Positions 8,345-18,323 of a stretch of 58,392 nucleotides of DNA are shown piece by piece. Positions within the stretch are counted from its first letter, which is position 1; every line of letters starts with the position of its first letter. The notes below the pieces were generated by a model. It worked only from the letters and a program-made list of their open reading frames with translations, was not told the DNA's origin and searched no databases. The translations under genes and the position numbers were made by a program. The stretch is from a virus (Duplodnaviria > Caudoviricetes), in IMG/VR virus record IMGVR_UViG_3300021427_000036, positions 1-58,392 of that record; one strand, given 5' to 3'.

Positions 8345-9958
8345 TTACGCTTTCGACGGGACCTCAGTCCCCTTACTTTCGTTGACCTTCCCCCTGTTGT
8401 TCGACTTGTTCTTCGCCGCTTGTTCCTTCGTGTCCCCCGCCCCGACGGTACGTCCGCCAGGTCCTTCGTGGTCAGTATCATCTTCCTCCGAAGCAAACTG
8501 TTGCTGAGTTTCCAACATCGCAACCGCCATAGCAACCTCTTCTTCGATGATCTGATCCTGGATGTTCTCAGGGAAGACGTAGTCGAGTCGAACTTCCACT
8601 TGCTGACGGTAGTATTCACGAGAGATGACCTTACGGTCAAGCATGTTGTTCAACTCCAAGAACAACTTCTCTCGGTTAACTGGCAACTTCTCGGCCAGCG
8701 TGATCAGCAACTCGGTCTCAGTCCAGTTCTGATTCTCATATTCCAGAACCCAGAACTTCCAGTCATACCAAAGTTGCTGCAGGATTTCTACCCCGGCAGT
8801 GTCACGGTACTCGATCTTGGCCAACGTGGGCATGAACTTCAGTGCTAGGGCAATTCCTGACTCTGCAACCTGGGCATCAACTCGCCCCAAGGCGACATCC
8901 GTCGTGCCCGACCCCTCGAGAACAGAGTCCCCGAGGTAGGTGATGAAGTCAATAACAGGGGTGACGGTGGTGATTCCCTCGAGTCTCTTAACCATCGTGG
9001 CGCCTGGCATCTCCCAGACAGTTCCTGGTACGACCTCCCAATCGGTCTCTCGACCTTGCGAGTCCTTTGGACGACCAGCATCAGTAGCGTACACACCAAG
9101 CCCAACCAAAGCCAGTGAGATCTCAGTATCCGACATGGCTTGGTTGATACCCTTGAAGATGCGCTCATAGCCCTTCAGCTCCGAGTTTCCGAAGTCGTAA
9201 CCCTGCCACTCAGCATTCTTGAAGTGGTACAGAGGGATCGTTGTGATGTTCGAGGGCAGGGGACTAGGTGGAATGACCGAACGAACCTTTTTGGCCTTCT
9301 TCGGATCACTCCAGTTGTCAGTCTCCCAGATGTCCTCCTGCCTCCACACAAAGGGAGAAGTCTTCACCTTGGTGACTGGGTCAATCTCGAACCAGTACCT
9401 CAACACCCTCACTGCCATCTTACTGGGGTCATCAGGGTGAACCCCCGGCTCCACTAACTTTGCCCCAGTCCGTACTTCCATGTCATCCGCGTCAAACTCG
9501 GGAAAGTACAGGGCTGGGTCTACGGAAGTCAGGGAGATTCGCTTCCCTTCCTCCTTGAGCGGATCAGCGGTGATGTGGAAGACAAAGTCCCCTCGAGTAA
9601 CCCCGGAAAGCTTGGCAACCTGGAATCGACTGTAGAACCGTTCCCTCTTAACAAAGTTGCTCAAGAACAGGTCCAGCTCCCCATTCTTCTCAGGATCAGC
9701 CGGCTTGACCTTCATCCCCTTGAGCAGGTAATGGGCAGTGGTATCAACGATGATCTTTGGCTTCGGGATGTAGAGGTCAGGTCCATCCTCATCACGACGA
9801 ATCAGCTCGAAAGCCTCCTCGACCGACCAATACATTGCCTCGTAAACCGTGTAGGCATTGAGCCTCTCTCGATCCTGCTCACCTGGAACCCACTGCGGCA
9901 ATTCCTTGGTATACTCATCTCCCAACGTGCTGTAGGGTGTTACATCGGCCAGTGCCAT
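8345..9958 (-). CDS. Portal protein (SPP1 gp6-like)
   Basis: 537 aa directly after terminase; FGNSEL and AESGIALAL motifs. Confidence 0.88.
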   Translation of the reverse strand: MALADVTPYSTLGDEYTKELPQWVPGEQDRERLNAYTVYEAMYWSVEEAFELIRRDEDGPDLYIPKPKIIVDTTAHYLLKGMKVKPADPEKNGELDLFLSNFVKRERFYSRFQVAKLSGVTRGDFVFHITADPLKEEGKRISLTSVDPALYFPEFDADDMEVRTGAKLVEPGVHPDDPSKMAVRVLRYWFEIDPVTKVKTSPFVWRQEDIWETDNWSDPKKAKKVRSVIPPSPLPSNITTIPLYHFKNAEWQGYDFGNSELKGYERIFKGINQAMSDTEISLALVGLGVYATDAGRPKDSQGRETDWEVVPGTVWEMPGATMVKRLEGITTVTPVIDFITYLGDSVLEGSGTTDVALGRVDAQVAESGIALALKFMPTLAKIEYRDTAGVEILQQLWYDWKFWVLEYENQNWTETELLITLAEKLPVNREKLFLELNNMLDRKVISREYYRQQVEVRLDYVFPENIQDQIIEEEVAMAVAMLETQQQFASEEDDTDHEGPGGRTVGAGDTKEQAAKNKSNNRGKVNESKGTEVPSKA

Positions 9959-11343
9959 TATCGCCTCGTCTTAGCTCTGCTCTGACGGAAATTCGGCACA
10001 TCATTCCCTGCTATGCTGAAGTAACCGTAAATGAAACGACTTAGGGCCTCAGGCCCATGGTTATCCTTGTCCATCGGGACTTCGGATGAGTTTCTTGCCT
10101 CAGACTTCGTCTCAGGCCACCGGTACCCTTCTCGCATCTCCCATGCTAGGTGAGTGCAGCGATCCTTGTCAACAACGATCTGAGCCTGTTGTTCTTCAAC
10201 CGGCGCATGCTCTGGTCGGGGCTTCAACCGCGTCCGAATCATGGCGTTTCTAGTGGTTATCTCACCACCAGTATTCTTCATGTGTGGAATACCCAGATGT
10301 CGACTGAGGATGTTTGAGTCATCCGGGTTATGTGGATCGGGGTAGAAAGCCAAGCACTTCTTCCGCCAGGGATGATCCTTCAGAATCTCCTTGGCGATGC
10401 GCTCAGTATCCATCTCCATGATATAGTGCTCGCCCAGCACGTATACATTGTCGAATGGATCTACCTGAATCCAAAGCCACACCCACCAGTTAGTAAAACC
10501 GTAATCGACCGCTGCGTACAGAGGCCAATCAGGGTTGTACTTGATCCGCTTGAGATGAACATCGTCATCCCATTCCTTCATCACTCGCCCAACACGATCG
10601 ACAAATTCCCCACCATACTGGCGGCGAAACTCATCCTCAGTCAGGTCGTCCTCAGCCTCCAGGATTTCCGGATCCCGCCTGCCCCCAGGGAAGATCACAT
10701 GGTTGGTCCAACTGGGCATGCGCCATGATCGCCACGGCTTATTCTCATGCTCCAGCCCCCGTTTGAATCCCCAGAACAACAGATTGGTATCGACAGCCAA
10801 CTCAGGCACTCCTGTAGCAAGTGACCACCCTCGCTTGTCGGAAAGAGCAGGTCGTACATACTCCGTAAATGTCTTACGAGGGAGGCGTCCCGCCTCAGCT
10901 AGCACTACGAAGTCAAGACCTTCACCAACCAAGGTTTCAGGTTTCTGAGCTGAGCGACATTCTAGGTCAAAGCCCCAGTTTGTCACGATGTGCATACTGC
11001 CGTTCTCAGTATTCTTCAAGAACTTGCTCGAGACAGTGTCAATGCCTAGCTTCTTGAAGGTATCATAGACTACGCGAAACTCCTTCTCGCAGTCTATGTA
11101 GTTCGGACCAATGACCCAGCCTCGCTGAGGTTCACCGAAGCGATTGAGACAAAACGCGGCTGGTTCCATCTCCTTACCGCCAAGAAGTGTCTTACCCCAC
11201 CGTCGTCCGTTCGATAGCACCCGATGACGATGTTGATCGTAGTGAACCACCTTCTGACCATTGTGTGGCTCGTAATCAGTAGCTTCGAAGTATTTGTCCT
11301 TTCTCAGGACACCACCTTCGATCCCTGGAGCTGTTACTGGCAC
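9958..11343 (-). CDS. terL: Terminase large subunit
   Basis: Walker A SNGRRWGKT, GEGLDFVVLAEAG, nuclease AVDYGF and DNHGPEALSRF. Confidence 0.93.
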   Translation of the reverse strand: MPVTAPGIEGGVLRKDKYFEATDYEPHNGQKVVHYDQHRHRVLSNGRRWGKTLLGGKEMEPAAFCLNRFGEPQRGWVIGPNYIDCEKEFRVVYDTFKKLGIDTVSSKFLKNTENGSMHIVTNWGFDLECRSAQKPETLVGEGLDFVVLAEAGRLPRKTFTEYVRPALSDKRGWSLATGVPELAVDTNLLFWGFKRGLEHENKPWRSWRMPSWTNHVIFPGGRRDPEILEAEDDLTEDEFRRQYGGEFVDRVGRVMKEWDDDVHLKRIKYNPDWPLYAAVDYGFTNWWVWLWIQVDPFDNVYVLGEHYIMEMDTERIAKEILKDHPWRKKCLAFYPDPHNPDDSNILSRHLGIPHMKNTGGEITTRNAMIRTRLKPRPEHAPVEEQQAQIVVDKDRCTHLAWEMREGYRWPETKSEARNSSEVPMDKDNHGPEALSRFIYGYFSIAGNDVPNFRQSRAKTRR

Positions 11344-11355
11344 GAAGTCATCCCC

Positions 11356-11577
11356 CTAGCCCGAGAATTCCCCGCCCGAGGGGATGAGAGGTTGAACAGG
11401 AGGCGGATCCGGCTCAAAGTCAATCTCAGAGTCAGGGGATTCTTTCCACCCCGTCCATCTCCGTAAACTGACCACACCCCTCTCATCGGTGGCCTTCTCC
11501 ATGAAGTTCAATTCCTCGACCGTCAGCTTGAACCCTCGGGCGATCTTCAACTGAAGAACTTCCATTGAAAGTCCCAT
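11356..11577 (-). CDS. Hypothetical protein
   Basis: Fills the operon gap; SD GAAAGGGG. Confidence 0.55.
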   Translation of the reverse strand: MGLSMEVLQLKIARGFKLTVEELNFMEKATDERGVVSLRRWTGWKESPDSEIDFEPDPPPVQPLIPSGGEFSG

Positions 11578-11590
11578 TACGCCCCTTTCA

Positions 11591-12097
11591 TCAGACTCGG
11601 AAGACCTGGATCAGGTTGTCCATGCCCTCGCCGGTCCCGCCGTAATCGACGGTGCCACCAGACGTGTAGCCCTGCAGCGAATAGGTGACGCTCACTGCGC
11701 CTGGCGTCTGGACCTTGGACATCGCTATGAGGAAGCCGTACTCCTCGGCACCCATGCTCACTCGGGCACCGCCGATCGTCGCCACCGGCACGGATGACAG
11801 AATCGCCAGGCGAACGAGTCCGCTCGTAGTGCGTTGGCGGAAGGTGACTTGACCGAGCACGACGTAGCGAGCACCAGCGACAGCGGTGAAGGTGACCGCC
11901 AGGCCGGTCAGCAACGTGCCACCCGTGCCAACGTTCTGCAGGGCACCGGTCGCCGTCTGGGTGGCGAGGATGCTGCCGAACTGCGCCTGCAGTGTGTTGT
12001 CGGCGGCGATGCGAGCGGCCTGCTCAGCAACGACCGAAGCGTTGCTGGACGAGATGGGAACCCATGCCCCACCGACTCGGGCGTAAAGGACACCCAT
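11591..12097 (-). CDS. Fibre/appendage-like structural protein
   Basis: [15 protein letters not shown] start, EQAARIAAD coiled coil, beta-sandwich C-terminus; TGATG coupling. Confidence 0.6.
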   Translation of the reverse strand: MGVLYARVGGAWVPISSSNASVVAEQAARIAADNTLQAQFGSILATQTATGALQNVGTGGTLLTGLAVTFTAVAGARYVVLGQVTFRQRTTSGLVRLAILSSVPVATIGGARVSMGAEEYGFLIAMSKVQTPGAVSVTYSLQGYTSGGTVDYGGTGEGMDNLIQVFRV

Positions 12098-13176
12098 CAG
12101 AGCGCTCCAGCGTCTTCGACCATGATCCACGACCAGCGAGGTGCGCTGGCCGGGGTCGCGTGGGGCGTGATACCGGAGCCGTACATCGTGATCGTGCCGG
12201 ACCCCGATGAGCGCTCGGCGTCAACTCGCCAGGTCTGCGCCCCGGAGATCGAAGCCTCGTTGATGTAGTGCATGACGAACGTTCCAAACAGGTTGCCGAG
12301 CGGGCCGATCAGCCACCGCCTGTAGGTGAGTCCGTCCCCGACGTTGCGGAGGTAGACGGCGACCAGGTCGTTGGTGGTGGTCGATGAGACCAGTATCTCA
12401 ATGGTGAACTTGTAGCGCCTCCCGGCGATGTGGGTGATCGTCCCCATCGGACCGAGCACAGTGTTGATGCCCGGCGAGGTGAGGTTCTGGTCGCCGGACT
12501 TGCGCCACATACCCATCGGCCCCTCCGGGCCTCCGATCGCGTCTGAGGCGTCAGAGTCGTACCACAACTCGGCGGTCGGGTTGGTCCCGATCGGATCGGT
12601 AGTGCTGATCTCCACCTCGGAGCCACCACCGCCGGCAGCCGGATTGACCCACTTCGTGTCAAAGTCAGTACCCGAGTTCTTGGCGAGCACCTGGTCAGTA
12701 GTGCCGCCTACCGCCACACCGGGACCTGGAGGGCCGGTTGCGCCGGGAGCGCCATCGACACCATCTTCTCCCGATAGCCCGGTATCGCCTTGTGGACCTT
12801 GTGGACCCTGAGGTCCTTGTGGGCCAATAGCACCATCAGCACCAGCAGGCCCTGGAGCTCCATCGACACCATCTTCACCAGCAGGACCCATCGGACCAGG
12901 ATCACCTTGTGGACCCTCAGGACCAGGTTCACCACCTGATGGGCCTGGCGGGCCGGGGGGACCTGGTGCCCCAGCAACCATCTCCGTGGTTATCACCAGC
13001 GGTTGCTCAACATGAGCACGAACTTGAATCTCATCCGGCGCAACGACCTCAGCGACAACGATCGTCGTCGGTTCCGTCAACCGAACACCAACAACCGTCA
13101 TCGGCTGCGTAACCCGAGCTTCAACAACAATGTTGTCCAGGTCAACAACCGTGGTTGTAACTTGGATATCACTCAC
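12097..13176 (-). CDS. Collagen-like (Gly-X-Y) fibre protein
   Basis: Long GPX/GXX run followed by [20 protein letters not shown] fibre motif. Confidence 0.8.
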   Translation of the reverse strand: MSDIQVTTTVVDLDNIVVEARVTQPMTVVGVRLTEPTTIVVAEVVAPDEIQVRAHVEQPLVITTEMVAGAPGPPGPPGPSGGEPGPEGPQGDPGPMGPAGEDGVDGAPGPAGADGAIGPQGPQGPQGPQGDTGLSGEDGVDGAPGATGPPGPGVAVGGTTDQVLAKNSGTDFDTKWVNPAAGGGGSEVEISTTDPIGTNPTAELWYDSDASDAIGGPEGPMGMWRKSGDQNLTSPGINTVLGPMGTITHIAGRRYKFTIEILVSSTTTNDLVAVYLRNVGDGLTYRRWLIGPLGNLFGTFVMHYINEASISGAQTWRVDAERSSGSGTITMYGSGITPHATPASAPRWSWIMVEDAGAL

Positions 13177-13519
13177 GAGTCACATCTTTCGTGACTTTGA
13201 TATTACCCCGATACCATGTCCGAGGTTCACCAGCAGCCGGCGTCTGCTGCAAGTCCCAAACCGCATTCGATCCCAATCCACTCACTTGCTCACCCGTCAA
13301 ACTAATGGTCACTACACCACCCGTTTCATCATTGACCACGGTGAACTCGGCCAACAAGTCATCCGAACTATCCGTAGCACGAATATGAGCCGCCCACGCA
13401 CCAGTGGTTGGCCACGCCTCGCTGGTTTCCTTGTCGACGAACGTGAACGCAATCGTCACCCCATCGCCAGAGTACAACCCCAGATCCATGCTGGCGGGGG
13501 TGGCATTAAGACTTGCCAT
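13169..13519 (-). CDS. Fibre-associated beta-rich adaptor (BppU/LtfC-like)
   Basis: LYSGD...WAAHIR...VTISLT...WDLQ...TWYRGNI pattern. Confidence 0.55.
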   Translation of the reverse strand: MASLNATPASMDLGLYSGDGVTIAFTFVDKETSEAWPTTGAWAAHIRATDSSDDLLAEFTVVNDETGGVVTISLTGEQVSGLGSNAVWDLQQTPAAGEPRTWYRGNIKVTKDVTRE

Positions 13520-13528
13520 GTCAGCTCC

Positions 13529-13906
13529 CTAGAAAAGAGTGGCGGGACCATCCGGCAAGGTAACCACCAGATACTGGAACCCCTCGATCTTGTTTCGGAT
13601 GTCGCCTCGTGATGGCCCTACCACACCCCCCGGATGGGTGTGCCAGATGGTGAACCAGTCCCTTCTCAGAAGAGACAGATCGTCGATATCCGCTTTTACC
13701 GCGTACTCAAGCAAGGCGTTGACCAGGTCCTCACTGTCGATCCAGAAAGAATCCTGGGGCTTAGGTGATACATTCGGCAATTGTACCACCGCGGAGTCAG
13801 GGGTAAGAACCCCGCATGCCTCGATCGGCTGTGCTGCTTCACCGAGACGGAGAACCTGGTCAACAACCTCATCCGTTATGAGGGCCGGGCTGATGGACGG
13901 AAACAC
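13529..13906 (-). CDS. JAB/MPN+ metallopeptidase
   Basis: EACG...WHTHPGGVVGPSRGD gives the E, HxH, S, D JAMM motif. Confidence 0.85.
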   Translation of the reverse strand: MFPSISPALITDEVVDQVLRLGEAAQPIEACGVLTPDSAVVQLPNVSPKPQDSFWIDSEDLVNALLEYAVKADIDDLSLLRRDWFTIWHTHPGGVVGPSRGDIRNKIEGFQYLVVTLPDGPATLF

Positions 13907-14180
13907 CCGTCACCCTCAATTCGGCCTCAATTTCATCCAAGTCACTGACCTGGAGAACGCCCTTGCGAATCAGCGCCATTCGCAATACCGGATCAGTGGG
14001 AAGCGTCCCAATCAATCCCTGCGGCTTCCCCAGCGTCGCATCGGGCGATGACGACCCTTCATTCACGGAAAGCGCGGCTTGATCGTTCTGACCCACGAAC
14101 AAGTGGATGATCTTGCCGGGAGTATGCTCCGACTTCTCCTTGCCGCAGACCCTGCATGGGTTCGTGGCGAAATCAGACAT
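13869..14180 (-). CDS. Hypothetical protein (CxxC...H)
   Basis: MSDFATNPCRVCGKEKSEH; overlaps neighbours. Confidence 0.55.
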   Translation of the reverse strand: MSDFATNPCRVCGKEKSEHTPGKIIHLFVGQNDQAALSVNEGSSSPDATLGKPQGLIGTLPTDPVLRMALIRKGVLQVSDLDEIEAELRVTGVSVHQPGPHNG

Positions 14181-14928
14181 CAGTTTCATCCTCCTCATAG
14201 GCGGGTAGCGCTGCGTAGTTGCTAGCCAGGGCATAACCGCCATCAGCCGTCGGGTTGACGATGGCATGACCCAAAATCCCCTGCAACTTGACCGAGATAT
14301 CCGACTCCACCCGCTGCTTCGGCTTCCCGATGATGTGTTCGATCAAGAACTTCGCCGCATCCACCTTCGTGCTTGCTGGCACCAAAGGCCTACCTTTATG
14401 GTCGGTCTTGGTGTCATTCAGCACCTGCCCAATCACCTTCAGCGCATCGACGGTGTGGCCATTCATCTCCTGGCGAACGATCTGCTCGAACCGAGAGATA
14501 ATCTCCTCATGCAGTTGTCTGGAGATGAACCCCGGCGCAGGACCGCTGAAATCCCCCCGTTTGTTCCGAGGACGGCCTCGTGCCAGCTCCTCCATGTCCC
14601 ATTTGCTCACGTCCTTGCCCCAAAGCGACTCCTGCTCTTCCTGGGACAGTTTCCTCAACTTGCGTCGAGCCCGTTGGCGAATCTGCTTCTGCTTGTTGTG
14701 TTCGCTCGCGTAGCTAGTAGCAACCGGTCGTCCAATCACTCCACCACGCGATCCCCGATTCATCGGTTCCTTCGTGCCGCTATAATCCGGATCAGGGAGT
14801 CCGTCATCCTTACGGAAGTCCCACACCAAGGTCGTCGCAGTTTGAGTCTCCAGAACATCCGGGACACGCTGACCGTTTTCCTTCAGTTGAATGGCTCGAG
14901 GGCTTATAGCCACCAGAATTCCCTTCAA
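14173..14928 (-). CDS. Putative terminase small subunit
   Basis: ELARGRPRNKRGDFSG and KVDAAKFLIEHIIGKP, upstream of terL; assignment by resemblance and position. Confidence 0.6.
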   Translation of the reverse strand: MKGILVAISPRAIQLKENGQRVPDVLETQTATTLVWDFRKDDGLPDPDYSGTKEPMNRGSRGGVIGRPVATSYASEHNKQKQIRQRARRKLRKLSQEEQESLWGKDVSKWDMEELARGRPRNKRGDFSGPAPGFISRQLHEEIISRFEQIVRQEMNGHTVDALKVIGQVLNDTKTDHKGRPLVPASTKVDAAKFLIEHIIGKPKQRVESDISVKLQGILGHAIVNPTADGGYALASNYAALPAYEEDETDV

Positions 14929-14952
14929 GAGACTCGTGAAGCACCTTATTCC

Positions 14953-14981
14953 AGTCTATCAATCCCATCAGTCAAAGTCAA
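14953..14981 (-). promoter_or_regulatory. SigA-type promoter for packaging/structural genes
   Basis: TTGACT-N17-TAGACT with TG extension. Confidence 0.6.
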
Positions 14982-15232
14982 GGAGCCACGGGCGGCGTTT
15001 TTGACAAGAAGTTCGACAGAGTCTAGAACAAATTTCGTAGCTGGCACGCTGGAATTACCTGACTCGTCTACCGAGGACCATCAAGACCAAGATCACTATA
15101 AAGAACCAAAAGATGACTCTTTGCTGGTCATAGGTCAGATTTCGGATTAAGGCTTTGAAGTCGTACCAAACTACCAGCACTTCTTCCCAAAACCCCATCT
15201 CAAAGTCACAAAAGGGATCCCCCTCGCATACT

Positions 15233-15478
15233 TTACCGTCTGCGTCTTGTTCCACGCCGCTTTTTGCGCTTCTTTCCCTTACCAAGCTTCCTGTTTGCCT
15301 TGGCGACGATCTTGTTATAGCTAGATCTAGACAGTTTGCCCTTGTTCAACTGCTGTCGAGCCCGTGCCTTAGCATTGGCAGCATGAGAACGATCCGGCAT
15401 CGGATACTTTCTCGAGCCTGGAAGCCCAAAAGTGGATTTCTTCAGTCGTTTGCGTCTGCGGGCGGTTAATTTAGCCAT
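15233..15478 (-). CDS. Small highly basic protein (FGLPGxRKYPMPD family)
   Basis: [39 protein letters not shown] with Arg/Lys tail; SD AAGGAGG. Confidence 0.75.
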   Translation of the reverse strand: MAKLTARRRKRLKKSTFGLPGSRKYPMPDRSHAANAKARARQQLNKGKLSRSSYNKIVAKANRKLGKGKKRKKRRGTRRRR

Positions 15479-16104
15479 ATATCCTCCTTATGGCTGTCTA
15501 ACGCTGGCATTGGTTGTCTAACGCTGGCGTTGGACTGGATATCTGCTACGCACACCGTTATCAACAAGTCCTGGTCATTTGGAGCTCTTTGGTGGACTGA
15601 AATCTCCTCCAAATGCCACCCTACGGGGCAATTTGGCCCGGGTAATCCGGGAATCCCTGCTGGTCCGGCAGGTCCTTGTGGTCCGCTAGGTCCGATGGGT
15701 CCCGTCTCACCGATGGAGCCTGGTGGACCACTAGGGCCTGGAATTCCCTGGGGGCCTGGAACTCCAGTTGCTCCCGCCGGTCCCGGAGGACCCGTCCCAC
15801 CAGGAGGCCCACTAGCACCGCTAGCCCCATCCACACCAGAAGGCCCACTAGGACCTTGTATGCCAGGTTCACCCTGTTCTCCTTTCGGACCCGCAGGTCC
15901 CTGTTCGCCCTGAGGCCCAATGGGACCCTGAGGTCCGACAATTGTAGCTTGAGGTTCAATGCTAGCGTTGGGCTGGACTACGGGAACGGTAGTATCTACG
16001 GTAATATCTACCTCTGCCGCATTAGACATTAGCCCCGATACCACACCCAAGCCGATCACGCTGAGGATTAAGAGAACAGCTATAAATCCCTGTTTAGGTT
16101 TCAT
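15466..16104 (-). CDS. Collagen-like protein with N-terminal signal/TM segment
   Basis: Hydrophobic N-terminus, long GXY run, C-terminal Cys pair. Confidence 0.75.
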   Translation of the reverse strand: MKPKQGFIAVLLILSVIGLGVVSGLMSNAAEVDITVDTTVPVVQPNASIEPQATIVGPQGPIGPQGEQGPAGPKGEQGEPGIQGPSGPSGVDGASGASGPPGGTGPPGPAGATGVPGPQGIPGPSGPPGSIGETGPIGPSGPQGPAGPAGIPGLPGPNCPVGWHLEEISVHQRAPNDQDLLITVCVADIQSNASVRQPMPALDSHKEDIWLN

Positions 16105-16414
16105 GATGCTCCTCCGTTTGAGTATGAGCGACTACTGGGATTTCGTTGGATTGCACTGGAACTTCACCAGTGATCTCATATTCCCGTCGAACTTCCGCCT
16201 GACCTTGTCCCTTACCAGCAATAAACCCGATCAAAGCCCCGATGATCGTGGTGATTATGTCCGTCAATGTAGCCACGTATGCCTTGACATCGTGTCCTTG
16301 GATACCAGCAATGATCGTAGCTACAGTGAAAGCCAAGAGCATGAACCCAATGATAATCACAAACGCAATAACCACGAAGTCCGTCGTAGATTTGGATTCC
16401 GGAATCCTAGGCAT
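16094..16414 (-). CDS. Two-TM membrane protein (holin-like)
   Basis: Two hydrophobic helices; [11 protein letters not shown]. Confidence 0.65.
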   Translation of the reverse strand: MPRIPESKSTTDFVVIAFVIIIGFMLLAFTVATIIAGIQGHDVKAYVATLTDIITTIIGALIGFIAGKGQGQAEVRREYEITGEVPVQSNEIPVVAHTQTEEHHET

Positions 16415-17180
16415 GACGTGAGCTCCATTGACTAGGGTGGGTAAGGTACGACATCAACTGGTTGCCGATGAGTTCCGTGTAAGCTGGTGGAATTGCCTGC
16501 GATAACTCGTTTCTCGACATCCAATCAATTCCCATCGCCTCCCGACAACGGGATGCCCAGTTCGCCCTATCGGCCTGAGTGAGAAGAATGTCCCGAAGGT
16601 GAGTGTTGATGTAGGCATGACCTACGGGGTTGTAGATGGCACCCTCATGATTCCCACACTCTAGGGCGAGTAGCGGTATGTTGGACTCGAAGAACCGGTG
16701 GCGGATCAGAGGAAGCCCGAAGCTAGTCCCACACAGCCGAATAGTGTGGTCAGGGTCTAATGGAGCCCCATTTACATTCTCAATGATCCAGGGGGTTGGG
16801 TTACCGGTATGGATGTAGACTGTGTTTAACAGGAACCTGGTGGTTTGGATCAGCTTGGGGTGGCGCTTAGACGGACCGGCTAACGACTTGGTGTGTCGTT
16901 TGGTGAGATTGACCCCGTTAGAACTGAAGTTGCCTGCTACGGAGTATCCTTGGCATGGTGGGGACGCATGGATAGCAGAGAACTTATTGAGATTGAGGCG
17001 GGTGTTGGCGCGGAGAACTTCTAAGGCATCCCCCTGGTAGAATGCGTCCCCTACGTAGTAGGGTTGAGGCTCAATATCTACCCCAAAGACCCTGAAGCCG
17101 GCTAGTTGGTAACCACGAGTTGCTCCGCCCGCTCCGCAGAACAGGTCTAGAAGCCAGGGAAGTTCTGTATCGGGTTCCAT
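16407..17180 (-). CDS. DNA (cytosine-5) methyltransferase, short phage type
   Basis: Motif I LDLFCGAGG, motif IV ASPPCQ, motif VI IENV, motif VIII RHRFF. Confidence 0.9.
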   Translation of the reverse strand: MEPDTELPWLLDLFCGAGGATRGYQLAGFRVFGVDIEPQPYYVGDAFYQGDALEVLRANTRLNLNKFSAIHASPPCQGYSVAGNFSSNGVNLTKRHTKSLAGPSKRHPKLIQTTRFLLNTVYIHTGNPTPWIIENVNGAPLDPDHTIRLCGTSFGLPLIRHRFFESNIPLLALECGNHEGAIYNPVGHAYINTHLRDILLTQADRANWASRCREAMGIDWMSRNELSQAIPPAYTELIGNQLMSYLTHPSQWSSRHA

Positions 17181-17186
17181 AGAGGA

Positions 17187-17215
17187 ATTCTATCGGACTC
17201 GATGAGACCTGTCAA
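17187..17215 (-). promoter_or_regulatory. Leaderless promoter of the methyltransferase with a palindrome in its spacer
   Basis: TTGACA-ggtctcatcgagtccga(17)-TAGAAT-N6-ATG. Confidence 0.8.
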
Positions 17216-17611
17216 CTCTTTGTTCTCGCATCCACCGTTCTATGGCACGGGAATGGGATATCTGGAGAGCTGGAATGGGACGAGATTGGCTTTTTCTGGG
17301 TTAGTTGGCTATATACTTGCTGTTGGTTGCTTGGATTTTGTCTCGGATGGATTTGGGACGGGCGGGGTTCATGCATGGTTCTACTTCGTGGGGAGGAAGG
17401 AAGGGTGTGGGGGAAGTAGGCACGCGATGAATTTCGGCGCCGGCCCGAATTCGAGCTCGCACCCGCCGGCTTTAATCATTATTTGCGATCAATCGCAATC
17501 GGAATTCATTATGGGCAGAATCGAATTTTATTCGTCCATAGGTTGACTTTCGATCACCTTTCCTGTTTAATGGTCATTACAAGCAAGCGACACGAAATGA
17601 GGTGAAACAAA

Positions 17612-17836
17612 ATGTCAAAGTCAATCACTCCAACCGAATTCGGTGATAAGCACGGCTATTCGCCGAAAACGGTCCGGGACGCAATGCGGTCGATCACCGA
17701 TAAGGCTGATCAGCCGGGCAGCGGTTCCCGATGGGCGATCGAAGTCGGTTCCGAATTCGAGGCAGCGCTTATCAAGCGTCTCGCCGACCGAAACGGTAAT
17801 CGTCGGGTCGTCACCGCCACGCTGAAAAAGGCGTGA
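17612..17836 (+). CDS. Small winged-HTH-like DNA-binding protein
   Basis: ITPTEFGDKHGYSPKTVRDAMRS...PGSGSRW; SD GAGGTG; followed by a hairpin. Confidence 0.7.
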   Translation: MSKSITPTEFGDKHGYSPKTVRDAMRSITDKADQPGSGSRWAIEVGSEFEAALIKRLADRNGNRRVVTATLKKA

Positions 17837-17838
17837 TG

Positions 17839-17870
17839 AATTCGGGGGGTCAGAAATGGCCCCCCGAATT
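17839..17870 (+). terminator. Hairpin/terminator
   Basis: AATTCGGGGGGTCA-GAAA-TGGCCCCCCGAATT followed by an A/T run. Confidence 0.75.
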
Positions 17871-18323
17871 AAATTAATTTAATTTCGCAATTGAATTCGG
17901 GCGGGGCGTGGTCGCGTGTCGCGACCCCCCCGCTGCCGACGCGCCCGATCCCGCCCGCACTCGACCCTTGCCCGCCGCAACCATTGCGCCCGCAACGATC
18001 CCCGCCTGCGCCTGCCGAAACTCGCCCCTGCCCACGCGCCCCCGCCTGCCCGACCCCCGCCCCCCGGTCTCATCGAGACTCGGCGAGTCTCATCGAGTTT
18101 AGGTTGGCAAAAGTCCCCTGTGTCCTTACCGGTCTCAATGAGACCGCCGCATGACCCTCACGCGAACTCTACCAGAACCAGTAACTCGACTTCAGCTCCG
18201 GTCTCAATGAGACCGACCTGACCCGAGCAGCCGGCTTCGGCGAGATCGGTTTGGAAAAAGCGCCTGTGTCCTATACCCGTCTCCCCCGCCCCCCGGCATG
18301 AGCCGGAAGGCGAGGGCGCGGCG

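Noticed and set aside
10880-10925. Terminase Walker B reading LAE instead of hDE as a sign of inactivation
   Set aside because: The catalytic Glu, Walker A and nuclease motifs are intact; likely a lineage variant
18131-18145. Synthetic Golden Gate origin because GGTCTC is a BsaI site
   Set aside because: Copies are degenerate, embedded in natural promoter contexts, and no vector sequence is seen
17879-18221. Pro/Arg-rich ORFs on both strands
   Set aside because: Products of low-complexity GC-rich DNA lacking stops; no start signals; overlap the palindromes
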